The notes beneath the pieces are model-generated. The model had not been told where the DNA came from and searched no databases. It saw nothing but the letters and a program-made list of their open reading frames with translations. 64,000 nucleotides of DNA from a virus: the UHGV virus genome UHGV-0279745. One strand, 5' to 3'. This document shows, one piece after another, positions 50,001-58,815 of this stretch. The position numbers were made by a program, and so were the translations under genes. How positions within the stretch are numbered: the first letter of the stretch is position 1; every line of letters begins with the position of its first letter.

Positions 50001-51174
50001 AATTTCCAAAGCCATACTTCGCCAACTGTAGGCGTTTCATGACTTCTGGGTTTTTCTCTAACTCGCCACGGGTCCAGTTCTGAAGACGCTCGATCTGGGG
50101 TTGTAAGAGACGTTTTGCTAACCAACCACCTGCAAAACCTGCCGCTTTATTACGCGAGTTTGTGTTACGACGGTCAGGAGACAACGATGAGCTGTCCGAC
50201 ATGTCAAAGTCATCTTCCTGAGCCATCCCTAGAACTTGTTCTAGAATCCCACGACCATCACTAAAGATGTTCGAGATTTTCTTCTTCGCGTTTTCGCGAA
50301 TCTGACCAATGAAATTATCTGCGTAGTGTAAGGGGTTCATCCACTCCGCAGCTTTACGTTTTACATTAGCCCAACGAATTTCAGAAAACTCTTCCTTCGC
50401 GTAGTCGGGTAGTGCCGTGTTCTTAACGATGGCTTCTAATGCCGGGGTGTTGCGTGCAAACTCGTCTTGTTTGAGTTTCGCAATATCCTGCAAAGCAAAC
50501 AATGTCCGATATTGCAGCTCTAACTGCTTACGCTGAACATTCAACAACACGCCACGACTTAAGCTAGTCGTTAAGTTGACGTCTTTTGCAATACCGATTA
50601 CGGTCTGGAACAGCGCGTCGGACTTCATGTCCTTAATCGTGTCGCGCAAGCGGTCTTCAACCATCCCCTCTTGCGCCTCACGTTGCTGGTCCGCTGTTTG
50701 CGGTGCACCTGAGAACACGCTGTCCAGCTCACGATCCATCATCGCTTGTTTAGGATCGTAATTCCCATAGTCGATTTGATCGTTACGTGCCCACTTGTCG
50801 ATTTTCCGTGTTACGGATTCCGGTAAATACCGTTTCAGTGTTGGGCCTAACTGTCTCGCTTGCATCTTAACGACGCGAGACGTCTTTTCAATCTCGTCTT
50901 TCGTATGGGCCAGAATGTCTTGACCTGCGGCTTTAACGTTTTGATAGCCTTCGTAGGCTTCTGCCGCAGGTTTAGGCATCCCTTTTAAAATAACCTGATC
51001 ACGTTTGTTTTCGGGCCAGATAGTCGACAACGCCGACTTACGGGCAGCACGAAATGTGTCCATGACCGGGTTACGCGATTGGTCTTGTTGACGAGGGGGC
51101 TCATCAAAATCGTCCCAGTCGTCCATGTTATCAAGATCGATTTCATCGAAATCATCTTTACCTTTTTTAGCCAT
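44050..51174 (-). CDS. giant virion-type protein (2374 aa) with transmembrane segments and C-terminal lytic transglycosylase (SLT) domain
   Basis: Uninterrupted 7.1-kb ORF; SLT motif GMAQAESGLRYG...GLFQF encoded about 44830..45160; Gly/Ala-rich hydrophobic helices about 46800..47090; acidic N-terminus. Confidence 0.8.
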   Translation of the reverse strand: MAKKGKDDFDEIDLDNMDDWDDFDEPPRQQDQSRNPVMDTFRAARKSALSTIWPENKRDQVILKGMPKPAAEAYEGYQNVKAAGQDILAHTKDEIEKTSRVVKMQARQLGPTLKRYLPESVTRKIDKWARNDQIDYGNYDPKQAMMDRELDSVFSGAPQTADQQREAQEGMVEDRLRDTIKDMKSDALFQTVIGIAKDVNLTTSLSRGVLLNVQRKQLELQYRTLFALQDIAKLKQDEFARNTPALEAIVKNTALPDYAKEEFSEIRWANVKRKAAEWMNPLHYADNFIGQIRENAKKKISNIFSDGRGILEQVLGMAQEDDFDMSDSSSLSPDRRNTNSRNKAAGFAGGWLAKRLLQPQIERLQNWTRGELEKNPEVMKRLQLAKYGFGNLSSISNSAIAGETSGPLADLFRLMHELGLVNPLRRETLALDDRSAESLSAAAKFDRKAYLSITEVIPTLLSEINKSIRRGYGEHHDQVYDLTTRGMVDRKVIGNRVRKAVANDDQRKRLQTYINDTVDFIDKDKTLDRKTRQALADYIESRASEGKAFDVGSLLKDPMHMYRYMNANAVEAIQGVLEARSAELVGGHHELSNAISNKIAAIQSTIRARQDTVDAASVIYGENALRDSGIFKYDAKNDIFEVDKDINDPYTLFNDLSMGKTRSGRSLTREQEIQRKLQNGSALGDYLRRMGAGAEPSFEDKELSNVRGGGKGGRGRGLSARQLAAVLYGEKSTNFVELLSSRPDTNAGLEQQFDRLIDAVRKQPESSTVQDILKHVKNMDEEGILLASLGGSRDDGDEPESSSESGRKRRRKRKRIVLGETGLLRRWAGVLWDTGSGVGRFGKNLFLRGKDRLQALGGFIRGKFSGGSSEGPGVFSRLKGLVTGTLSTGWNSAVAFGKGVLGVRDIYDERGNVVLQGSRLEAGEYYQADPKTEKLIQLKTLDDIKLGRDIVDEAGNLILAAADLAAAGKLRFYKGGKVQALFQYISGKAGTAVNKAVTLPKKLLGFISPKAASLFEKAREWLNEVPEGAEKTRLQSMISRVTGMPARLWNNAKRGFEKLKELASDNPLTRWWQNRKEGGSGGGFSVFSWSNGRKTNHILIRIYKLLNRRLPGEPEDDTWTEQMERNTGASSVKGLFQRAKDIRDGFREHFQGFRDWRGRMRDRMSRYRSAVGGRLSRWGGAARGWFDRFRGRASDMVDTFRDPRYDIGTRYRMESRLAGRDDDVAEFYRQHIYARGKVSKTRIIDAAKEDLDTVTDSAGRVINKGKQKARSVGSALLERLNRMVNLQEMSWFNTMRDSAEKAGASEGLLRTMFSKFGQRNKPPASDEKRDYFQFFRRRRRSKEEEKAKKEAEKKGGKRGVMDFLKGLPLVGPIVSILGTVGSILGKLAKWGIFKPVGFAGKALWNVGKFAVTRLAVPAVSAVATAASAVVTAVGWPIIGLVAAGAGLTWFYYKTKDRVNAQYLDNMRLAQYGFRDHDEWSSDDGAKARYLEDNLKPYISYTENGQAQLRGLSGDDVKKLAEGFGTNVEDKGEMLAFSAFMLQRFVPIYLRWITALKSMDNDIALADVGNPAKVSKADMLNIFNKMKMSKDAPAFRALEDPRKVNQGWFSKAWDFVTFTPAEFLSGEEVVEAQERVLRSINMRRDEKRKDVNATGSVAEGHKVASVAESTQALAQADAERNKEVAKVEGWEDGTEQVQVQVDWRSLPKETDLRDLESVRLKAYGAVSITQTTRNLYTLLERQVLQDTDVKSCTYKGDWKRAIAVIAPDAIGGPKEDRYKNWFYNRFLPVFMTYVVGVKRYVPAADPMDLRVTGGFLYEIALMMRGAYNLKGGIRQSVWEVPFNPLGGDANTDAGSVATELENLKELSKEADLAVRKTLRATPSAGFRVNWQRKDRATQMFLTDDEKDQPPRQQMNTSSSYRDLLQPAANDGGNYGTPNDLAGAYGQMGAKNYAAFSTGNFGVKLGEMQDGDYKTLAAKYPISTLGDGLKPNLNAVAALIIDVAKMMGVPPALALGMAQAESGLRYGIKAKGSSAAGLFQFINGTWSEQMKAYARRYGIPQTDQYDPWANALLGVRHIRDNIEKARKDLGGIDPPGAAVYLYHFLGQGGGKKFLQEWKRDPNGPSSRGASADQIAANSTIFYKNGKLRSLDEVLSIMGGKIGAVGTNAIAGNQASVKDLTTGVTPMPSSPAIAAGAANDPSITGPADNLPAANEANRDTALADKGAMGADDIKAATGGGPAVPSPGGDVTPSDASVVVDTVGQNARADGLAEEDVAKVKEGARQQMEKSVRPAPTVTSDAQTGSTVNSGDPISVQQLAVAKESAGYLKEIVTILRQRPQAMQNGPANPASTAPGSASRNVSITQPAPQLDVSRKSA

Positions 51175-51203
51175 AACGTTTAATCCGTATCAGGAGATTT
51201 AGC

Positions 51204-52823
51204 GTGAATAAACTTAATTGGGTTGACTTTTATCTGCTCAATGTAAACAAGTCTCTTGTGTCGCGATTACGACCCGTCACGACCACGGATACTTTCCAGG
51301 GGTTAACAAAAAACTTTCACCCCGAAGGTCTTTACTCTACAGAGATATTTGGACTCACGGGGAGTGAAGCGCGAGACTCTACTTTCTCTTATATCGATAT
51401 TAAACTCGATATCATTTCGCCGACGGTGTGTTTGGCGTTATTCCAACTCAAACAACTCTACGAAGAAATTTGTTCTGGAAAACGCTACGCAACGTGGAGC
51501 GAAAAAGAAAAAGATTTCGAACCGGCCTTGCCGGGAGACCCAGGCGCAGATACCGGTTTTAACTTCTTCCTCAGTCACTATAACGATTTAAAACCTAAGC
51601 GTAACGAGTCCCTACAACGTGACGAAACCGTGGATTTCTTTTTGAAATTCCGTCCCGTTAGTCTTAGTCGATACGTTCTCGTGTTACCCGCGGGTTTACG
51701 CGATTTAGTAATTCGACAAGATGGTAGAGAACAGGAAGAAGAAATCGGCGGGATGTATCGTCGGTTGGTATCACTCGCCAGGGCGATCCCTGACCGAGCA
51801 ACCCGTGTTGAATTAACTAACCCCGTACGCTGGAAGCTGCAACAAACCTTCAACGATATCTGGATGTATTTCTTTAACATCCAAGACGGTAAAGGGGGTT
51901 TCCAACGTCGTAAAGTGACGTCTCGTAAATTAATGAACGGGACACGTAACGTACTGTCCTCATTCTCGACGGGGTCTAAGTGCATGGGTCGTGAAGACGC
52001 TATTCGTCCCACCGACACCAAAATTGGTTTATACCAGGGCTTAAAAGCGTTACTCCCCGTTGCGCAATACCAGATACGTGAACGTTACCTCGGTAACATC
52101 CGTGCTGGTGACGGCAACCTTTACGGCGTAAACACCAAAACCCTTAAACGTGAATTCTTGGAAGTAGGTGGTCGTGTATACGACACATTCACCACCGACG
52201 ATGGGATTGAATCCTTAATCAACCGAATGGAAGCTCGCGAGCTTCGCCATCAGCCGATTATGTTGGACGACACCCACTACGTTGCGTTGGTTTACCAAGA
52301 CACCAAACATTTTAAGGTGTTCTACGATATTGAAGAACTTCCTAAAACGTTTGACCGAAAATTCGTCCACGGTATGACGCTCGTCGAATTGCTTTATTTG
52401 TCGGGCTACGAGCTTTGGAACGATTATTTCGGTTTCGTTACACGTTATCCCGTTACAGGCCGAGGCTCGACGTATTCATCGACCATAAGATTGGAGACCA
52501 CCACATCATCTTTATACTTAAAAGAACTGGAAGATGACTGGGAAACTGAAAAACCCCGAGGGGCTATCAGCTACCCTGACCGGTCGGTTCCTACCTTCGT
52601 TGAGTCGATGGCACCACACCCTTCACGCTTAGGTGGCTTAGGGGGTGACTACGACGGCGATACCGGGTCGTTTAACGCGCCTATGTCCCAGGAAGCACTC
52701 GAGGAAAACCGGAATTGGATACACTCGAAAAACTACTGGTTCGATTCTGATGGGAACTTTAAAATCAATCCTATCAACAACGTGATTAAACGTGCAACGC
52801 AAGCGTTATTAAAGAACCCATAA
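51204..52823 (+). CDS. multisubunit RNA polymerase beta-prime-like subunit (N-terminal catalytic fragment), putative
   Basis: GTG start with CAGGAG RBS; aa 482-486 DYDGD (nt 52647..52661) followed by NAPMSQEALEE, matching the beta-prime NADFDGD...PL..EA..EA active-site region. Confidence 0.5.
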   Translation: MNKLNWVDFYLLNVNKSLVSRLRPVTTTDTFQGLTKNFHPEGLYSTEIFGLTGSEARDSTFSYIDIKLDIISPTVCLALFQLKQLYEEICSGKRYATWSEKEKDFEPALPGDPGADTGFNFFLSHYNDLKPKRNESLQRDETVDFFLKFRPVSLSRYVLVLPAGLRDLVIRQDGREQEEEIGGMYRRLVSLARAIPDRATRVELTNPVRWKLQQTFNDIWMYFFNIQDGKGGFQRRKVTSRKLMNGTRNVLSSFSTGSKCMGREDAIRPTDTKIGLYQGLKALLPVAQYQIRERYLGNIRAGDGNLYGVNTKTLKREFLEVGGRVYDTFTTDDGIESLINRMEARELRHQPIMLDDTHYVALVYQDTKHFKVFYDIEELPKTFDRKFVHGMTLVELLYLSGYELWNDYFGFVTRYPVTGRGSTYSSTIRLETTTSSLYLKELEDDWETEKPRGAISYPDRSVPTFVESMAPHPSRLGGLGGDYDGDTGSFNAPMSQEALEENRNWIHSKNYWFDSDGNFKINPINNVIKRATQALLKNP

Positions 52824-52832
52824 GGCTAAGCA

Positions 52833-55800
52833 ATGCTGCTCATTAAACAGTTTAACCAACGCTTCTCGGTGCGTAAAACTGACGAGTTTGGTAATCCGAG
52901 GATTATCCCGCTCGAGAAGCTACAGATACCACGTGGTTCTGTACTCCATGTCATTGATCTCGACCAGGTGGTATTAGCGCCACCTGCAACACTCGAGATT
53001 ATTCAACCGTTAGAAAAACCTGCACAGGTTCGTCACCACTTTAAATTACCGGAAGACGGTATTAGCGGTCATCCGCGCAACAAACCTGTTCAGGGGCAAG
53101 AACGTGCTATCTTTGCTTACCACCGTGCAAACCGCCCGATGCGTCGTCTTACCTCAGACGATCTGGTTCGCAAAGACTTAAAAGTTCTCCTGGTCGAGAA
53201 CTACACACCGATGCTATCGCACTACTACTATCCTGACACCCAGTTAGCCTGGTACGATAGACTGCGTAACATCCAACTGTTGATGATTAACCAGTTCAAA
53301 TACGACACGCAAGAATACATGCGTCAGAACTATTTCGTTATTGAACTGGGTTCGACTCTACCTTCGTTCCAGAAGTTTCAAACAACCTATAACGACCGCG
53401 TTAAGAGCAAGATTGAGAAGTTCCAGGACTTCAACTTGCTGTGGTTATTGGAGTTGTTTGCTTGGGCTTATGGAAAACAATCCGATTCCCTATTCTCGGG
53501 AATGGATTTAACTCAGCTGTCACGAATGAACTTTATCTTCACCCACAACACGGGCTTTACGTCCATGAACATGGGTGTTGTAGAGAAAATGCGTAAGTCG
53601 TCCGGCGGTCGTTTAAGTGATGACCAAATGGCCAGGATGTTCTACCGTACGCTGGTGCGTGTAATGACACAAGCACCGTCTAACGCGTACGAAGCTGAAT
53701 TCCTAACGCCTGAAGGCGACGAGCGTGTTTTCCTTAAAGACGTCGAAGAAGAAACCGTTGATGTTGTCGACGATGACGATGTTGTTAATGACGCTGTGGT
53801 GGAATCCGATAACACCTTCGATGAAAAAGAAGACGTTGTTATTGAAGAACCGAAGGAAGACGTCAAACCGACGACCATCGTCGTCGAGAAAGTCATTCCA
53901 CATGACGAGATTATTAAACAGGAAGCACAACGCTTAGCTGAAGCGGGCCGCTTAAGTTCTAAAGCATATCAGTTCCTGTCAGAATCGTCTAAACGTTTCG
54001 TTCAGCTACCTAACCCGTATAACCCGAAAGAAACCTACGGGGAAGCACTGACTGTTCACGAGAAAGATATTGTCGTTAAAGCCGAACCGAAAAAAGTTCA
54101 GCGGCTTGTTACCGATGAAGGGTGGGCAGAGAACGTCACCGACCAGATGGTGAAACAATACAACCAGACCATGATGACCAAAGACGTACTGGCGGCGGTC
54201 GCCAGTTCACAACGTTTGGGTCTGGCGGTTCACAACCACACGGTGGAAAAAGAAGTTTCTGTTACAGGAACTATCGAGCACCACACTTTACGTGTTCAGC
54301 CAGTCGGTGGTGAGCCAACAACCGTTCGCTTCTCTATCCCAGGCTTGACCGAGGACGGTACTTGGGTCGCTAATGGTGTCGAATACACCATGCGTCGCCA
54401 ACGTGTGGACTTACCGATTCGTAAAGTTGCACCGGATACTGTCGCACTGACTACCGCTTACGGTAAAAACTTTGTCCGTCGTAGTGATAAGGTCGCGAAC
54501 GATTACGGTCGTTGGTTAACCAACGCGATTATCACACGCGCTGTTGACCCAACAAACACCGAAGTCACCGATGCACGTTTAGCAAATGTGTTCGATCCTA
54601 CGCAACATCTGCCTCGTCAGTATACGGAGATTGCACGCCGTATTGCCAGCTTTAATGCGAACGGCTATATGTGGAACTTCGACTACAAAGAAGCCGTTAA
54701 CTTCTTTAACGACGAGCAACTCAGAGACGCCGATGCTGCCAAACTTCTGCCAGTGGCGAAACGTCCGCGTAGTGAAACAATCCTGGCAATGGATGACAAA
54801 TCCATGCTTTACGGTGTGAACGGAAACAAAGTTGAACCGGTGGGGACTATCGCAGAGGTACTGGGCTTTAATAACCAGAAAGTGCCTCGCGAAATGACCG
54901 AGCTGTCTTTGATGGGTAAATCTTTGTCGCTTGGTTTTATCTTCTCGTTCTATCTTGGACTCCAGGGAATGTTGAAACATTTCGGTATCCAGTACGAGTT
55001 GGTTCCTACAGGACAGCGTGTTGATAAGAATGCCTACGACAGTATTATTCGACTACAAGACTGTAAACTTTTAGTTACTTGCGATAACGATCAGCAGAGG
55101 ATGATTCTGCATGGTTTGGATCGCTATCTCAAACACCTGGTTGCTTATACCGAATCAGAAGCAGACCGCGAAGACATTTACCTGAACTTATTACGTGAAG
55201 CAGATGGCCTAACGCCACGGTACATCAACGAGCTGAAACAGATGCGGTCCGCGTTTGTTGACGACATGCACGCACGTATCCTCAGGAAAATGGGTGAGCC
55301 GGAAACCTTTATTGGCTTGCTGGAACGTTCTAACGAACTGTTACAAACCGACCACTCTTTACCAGAGATTAACGGCGATGAAATGATGTTCTTAGGAAAT
55401 CAGAGGATTGCCTACCACATCTATACTGCGATGGTCAGAGCGATGCGTAACTACAATAACGCACCGGGCAGTAACCGTAAGTTCGAACTGACGCAAGATA
55501 TGGTTTGGGGTGCTATTAACTCCGACCCGTCGGTACTTTTGGCACCAGGCGCTAACCCTATCCAGTCAATTAAAGAAAAAGACGTTATTACGATGGGGGG
55601 TACAGGTGGTCGTAATCGTAAAACGATGGTCTACCACACACGTGAGTTCCAACCCAGTGATATCGGGATAGTCTCGGGTAACACCGTAGATAACGGCGAC
55701 GTAGGGATTACTGCTTTCGTCACCAATAACCCACGTTTTGACACCGTTGACGGTACTACGTTTAAGCGTGAAGAGAAAACCCCGAAACCGAGCGATACCC

Positions 55801-56999
55801 TTTCGTTTATTGACGGGTTAGTACCCGATACGTTAATGGACGATGCAAAACGTCAAAACTTCGTTGGGATTCAGTTAGGTTCTGCCACCAGTTGTAATGG
55901 GGCAACCACAACCCCGTATCGTACTGAACAGGAGAAATTCGTCGCTCACCGTACTTCGGTGAAACATGCACGCGTTATTGATAAAGCAGGTAAGATTACT
56001 GGTCTGTCGAAAGACCACATTGAAATTACGTACGAAGATGGAAGTAAAGAAGCCTTTCCTCTAGGGCGCTGGTTCGGCCCCCACGAAGGTACCTTCTATC
56101 CGCACACCTTGGTAACACGCTGGAAAGCCGGTGACAAGCTCCCGGCCGGAGCAGTGATTACGTACAACGAGCAACACTTTGAACCTGATATTTACGATCC
56201 TACTCAGGTTTCCTGGAAAAACGGGGTGCTGGCCACCGTTGCTTTATTAGAAGCTGAAGAAGTTATCGAAGACTCCAACGCAATTTCTGAACGGTTCGCG
56301 AAGAAAATGGTGGGGCAGGTAACAAAGCTGAAAGAAGTGACGATTAACAGCAACCAGATGCTTTTGGAAATCGTGAATGAGGGCGACCACGTAGACGTCG
56401 ATACAATCCTATGCACGTTTACTGACGACTTGACGGGCGATATGAGTGCCTTTAGTCAGGAAGCAGCCGCAACGTTGCAAAGTTTAAGTTCGTACGCACC
56501 TCGTGCAGGGGTACGTGGTATCGTGGATAAAATCGAAGTGGTGTATCACGGTGAAACCGAAGACATGACACCAAGCCTTGCTGAACTGGTGCGTAAATAC
56601 GACAGAATTCGTCGTAAAGCCGCACTGGCAGTCGGACGTGGTGATCCGGTTTCAGGCAGTGTAAACGGCGACTACCGTGTCGAAGGTGTACCCTTGGCCT
56701 TTAACTCACTTTGTGTTCGATTCTTTATTACACACGACGTTGAGATGGCCGCTGCGGATAAGATGGTTATTGCTAACCAGCTAAAAACCACCGTACAAGA
56801 AGTCATGTACGGCGACAACAAAACAGAGGATGGCGATGACCTGGACGTGTTGTTCGGTCGCGATTCCGTCGATGCGCGTATCGTAGGTTCAATCCAACGT
56901 ATCGGTACCGCGAATGCTGTAGGTGAACAAGCCGGGATTCTCATCGGGCGTATACTCGATGGGGAGGCTGTGCCTGATTTACCCGCGACACTTAAATAA
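52833..56999 (+). CDS. large hypothetical protein (1388 aa), possibly a further RNAP subunit or virion protein
   Basis: ORF track; immediately downstream of the beta-prime-like gene; no motif recognised with confidence. Confidence 0.7.
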   Translation: MLLIKQFNQRFSVRKTDEFGNPRIIPLEKLQIPRGSVLHVIDLDQVVLAPPATLEIIQPLEKPAQVRHHFKLPEDGISGHPRNKPVQGQERAIFAYHRANRPMRRLTSDDLVRKDLKVLLVENYTPMLSHYYYPDTQLAWYDRLRNIQLLMINQFKYDTQEYMRQNYFVIELGSTLPSFQKFQTTYNDRVKSKIEKFQDFNLLWLLELFAWAYGKQSDSLFSGMDLTQLSRMNFIFTHNTGFTSMNMGVVEKMRKSSGGRLSDDQMARMFYRTLVRVMTQAPSNAYEAEFLTPEGDERVFLKDVEEETVDVVDDDDVVNDAVVESDNTFDEKEDVVIEEPKEDVKPTTIVVEKVIPHDEIIKQEAQRLAEAGRLSSKAYQFLSESSKRFVQLPNPYNPKETYGEALTVHEKDIVVKAEPKKVQRLVTDEGWAENVTDQMVKQYNQTMMTKDVLAAVASSQRLGLAVHNHTVEKEVSVTGTIEHHTLRVQPVGGEPTTVRFSIPGLTEDGTWVANGVEYTMRRQRVDLPIRKVAPDTVALTTAYGKNFVRRSDKVANDYGRWLTNAIITRAVDPTNTEVTDARLANVFDPTQHLPRQYTEIARRIASFNANGYMWNFDYKEAVNFFNDEQLRDADAAKLLPVAKRPRSETILAMDDKSMLYGVNGNKVEPVGTIAEVLGFNNQKVPREMTELSLMGKSLSLGFIFSFYLGLQGMLKHFGIQYELVPTGQRVDKNAYDSIIRLQDCKLLVTCDNDQQRMILHGLDRYLKHLVAYTESEADREDIYLNLLREADGLTPRYINELKQMRSAFVDDMHARILRKMGEPETFIGLLERSNELLQTDHSLPEINGDEMMFLGNQRIAYHIYTAMVRAMRNYNNAPGSNRKFELTQDMVWGAINSDPSVLLAPGANPIQSIKEKDVITMGGTGGRNRKTMVYHTREFQPSDIGIVSGNTVDNGDVGITAFVTNNPRFDTVDGTTFKREEKTPKPSDTLSFIDGLVPDTLMDDAKRQNFVGIQLGSATSCNGATTTPYRTEQEKFVAHRTSVKHARVIDKAGKITGLSKDHIEITYEDGSKEAFPLGRWFGPHEGTFYPHTLVTRWKAGDKLPAGAVITYNEQHFEPDIYDPTQVSWKNGVLATVALLEAEEVIEDSNAISERFAKKMVGQVTKLKEVTINSNQMLLEIVNEGDHVDVDTILCTFTDDLTGDMSAFSQEAAATLQSLSSYAPRAGVRGIVDKIEVVYHGETEDMTPSLAELVRKYDRIRRKAALAVGRGDPVSGSVNGDYRVEGVPLAFNSLCVRFFITHDVEMAAADKMVIANQLKTTVQEVMYGDNKTEDGDDLDVLFGRDSVDARIVGSIQRIGTANAVGEQAGILIGRILDGEAVPDLPATLK

Positions 57000-57002
57000 T
57001 CT

Positions 57003-57030
57003 CGAGGGGTGGGTCGCTCCCACCCTTGTA
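57003..57030 (+). terminator. hairpin, possible weak terminator
   Basis: ggggtggg-tcgct-cccaccc but poor T-run. Confidence 0.35.
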
Positions 57031-57046
57031 AACTCCGGAGAAGAGA

Positions 57047-57340
57047 ATGTCTATTCTAGATAAAATCAAACAGCGGCACGGTATTCCGACTGGGAAAAAT
57101 ATTACCCAGCAAAACGTGGAGGGATACAGTCCCATTCAACGTACCAACTACGTGTCTTTAGGTAATACTGTCGAATTAGCAACGGAGATTGTGCATGGTC
57201 TGATTCGCGGTAACTCAGGAATGTCTGACCGTATCGGTGATCAGAAACTGCTGAAACGTGATATCGCAGATCTGGTGGGCGCGCGTTTGTACGCGATGCT
57301 TCAGGCGAACATCAGCACGAATAAAGAGGTTAAACAATGA
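57047..57340 (+). CDS. hypothetical protein
   Basis: ORF track; RBS ccggagaagaga. Confidence 0.55.
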   Translation: MSILDKIKQRHGIPTGKNITQQNVEGYSPIQRTNYVSLGNTVELATEIVHGLIRGNSGMSDRIGDQKLLKRDIADLVGARLYAMLQANISTNKEVKQ

Positions 57341-58797
57341 TCAGTTTATACTCGCTGAATGCGGTTACTAACGCCATGAAACTGTGCAAACAGCATAATG
57401 TTCAGCTTGGCACAGACGTTGACTCTCCGGTTGATTTGCTCAACCGCGCGGTCGACCCTACCCGCGTTTTCGATACCACAATCACCGACGAACAGTTCTT
57501 CCAGGAACTGCCCGCGATTACGCAGCTTAAACGTCCTGTAGACGGTACGGCGGAAGCTTCGATTATTCATGACGGTGCTGTTGAAGTTGAAGCACTGCGT
57601 GTTGACGATCATGAAACCACGCTATTCGAACTGAAGAACATGGCCATTCAGCGTTGCAACGGGATGCTGGATTTTGCCCGTAACGTTGTTCAACCATTTG
57701 TGCAGCTGGTTATCCAAAATAACACGATTGAAGATGTCAAACCGTTGGTTGAAGACTGGAACCTGATTCCGGTAGGTATCGATCCGTGTGTGGATTCCCC
57801 AGTTGTCCAGGCGCTGATTCAAGAAATCGCCAACCCGATGGGCAACGGTACGACTTACGACCCGATCAAGTTCGATGTACCGGCCGACATCGAGATTCCG
57901 GAAACAGGTGTAAAAGCGTATGATGAACTGGTGCGTAAATTACTGAATGACCTGAATCTCAGCATGTACGATGCAGCAAAACTGCTGCTGGCAGGTAACT
58001 ACACCGTACCTGTTGCAGATAAAGCACCGGAGATGGTAAAAGAACGTGTTCTGGTACTGCTGTTGTCTTCGTTCTTCATTGAACGTCCGTGGCCTGACTC
58101 AGGTGTTGACGCCCTGAAATGGAAAGCGGAAATGGGCCGTGCCTATTACACGTCTATCGGTTGGGTATACGGTTTCGAAAAAGCGGTGGCTAACCGTGTC
58201 GCCACAGGTAACATCGTTTACTCTTACGATACCAACGAGAAAAACGTCTATATCTGTCAGGAAACGATGGACGACTACCTGGAAAAAGGCGGTATCGTTG
58301 AAGCCCTGTTGGGTGCCATTTACCTGATGGACGAAGGCGACTATAACGTTTCCGCACGTGTCGCGTCTCTGCTGGAAAACCAGAAAGCCTACGTTGAAGC
58401 TTACAATCGTCGTGCGATTATCGTTCAGAAACGAAATGAACTCGATTGGGTAAGTCGTAACCGTCAGGCACTGAAAACTGCGTTCTCGATTGCAATCGAC
58501 CAGCTCGACCAGGGCTACCTGACTGTTGGCGAGCTGACGCGCACTCGCGAAGAAGTCAAACAGGTTGTTATGGGGATTTGTGATGATTTCTTTGTCAACG
58601 CAGACGAAGACATTACGTTGTTTATCATCCGGACTGCATGTAACTCCGTATTCTGCGCCTACGAAATTGATCCGCTGATGCGTGCGATTCATACCGCGAT
58701 GATTGAGAACACCGATCCGGCAGAAGCCGCAACCAGTTGGATGATTGACTATGTACTGAACTGGATCGCAGGTTCAGTATTTGTCGATAAACTTTAA
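57337..58797 (+). CDS. hypothetical protein
   Basis: ORF track; ATGA overlap with upstream gene. Confidence 0.65.
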   Translation: MISLYSLNAVTNAMKLCKQHNVQLGTDVDSPVDLLNRAVDPTRVFDTTITDEQFFQELPAITQLKRPVDGTAEASIIHDGAVEVEALRVDDHETTLFELKNMAIQRCNGMLDFARNVVQPFVQLVIQNNTIEDVKPLVEDWNLIPVGIDPCVDSPVVQALIQEIANPMGNGTTYDPIKFDVPADIEIPETGVKAYDELVRKLLNDLNLSMYDAAKLLLAGNYTVPVADKAPEMVKERVLVLLLSSFFIERPWPDSGVDALKWKAEMGRAYYTSIGWVYGFEKAVANRVATGNIVYSYDTNEKNVYICQETMDDYLEKGGIVEALLGAIYLMDEGDYNVSARVASLLENQKAYVEAYNRRAIIVQKRNELDWVSRNRQALKTAFSIAIDQLDQGYLTVGELTRTREEVKQVVMGICDDFFVNADEDITLFIIRTACNSVFCAYEIDPLMRAIHTAMIENTDPAEAATSWMIDYVLNWIAGSVFVDKL

Positions 58798-58815
58798 CGC
58801 GCTTAGGAGGTGATC

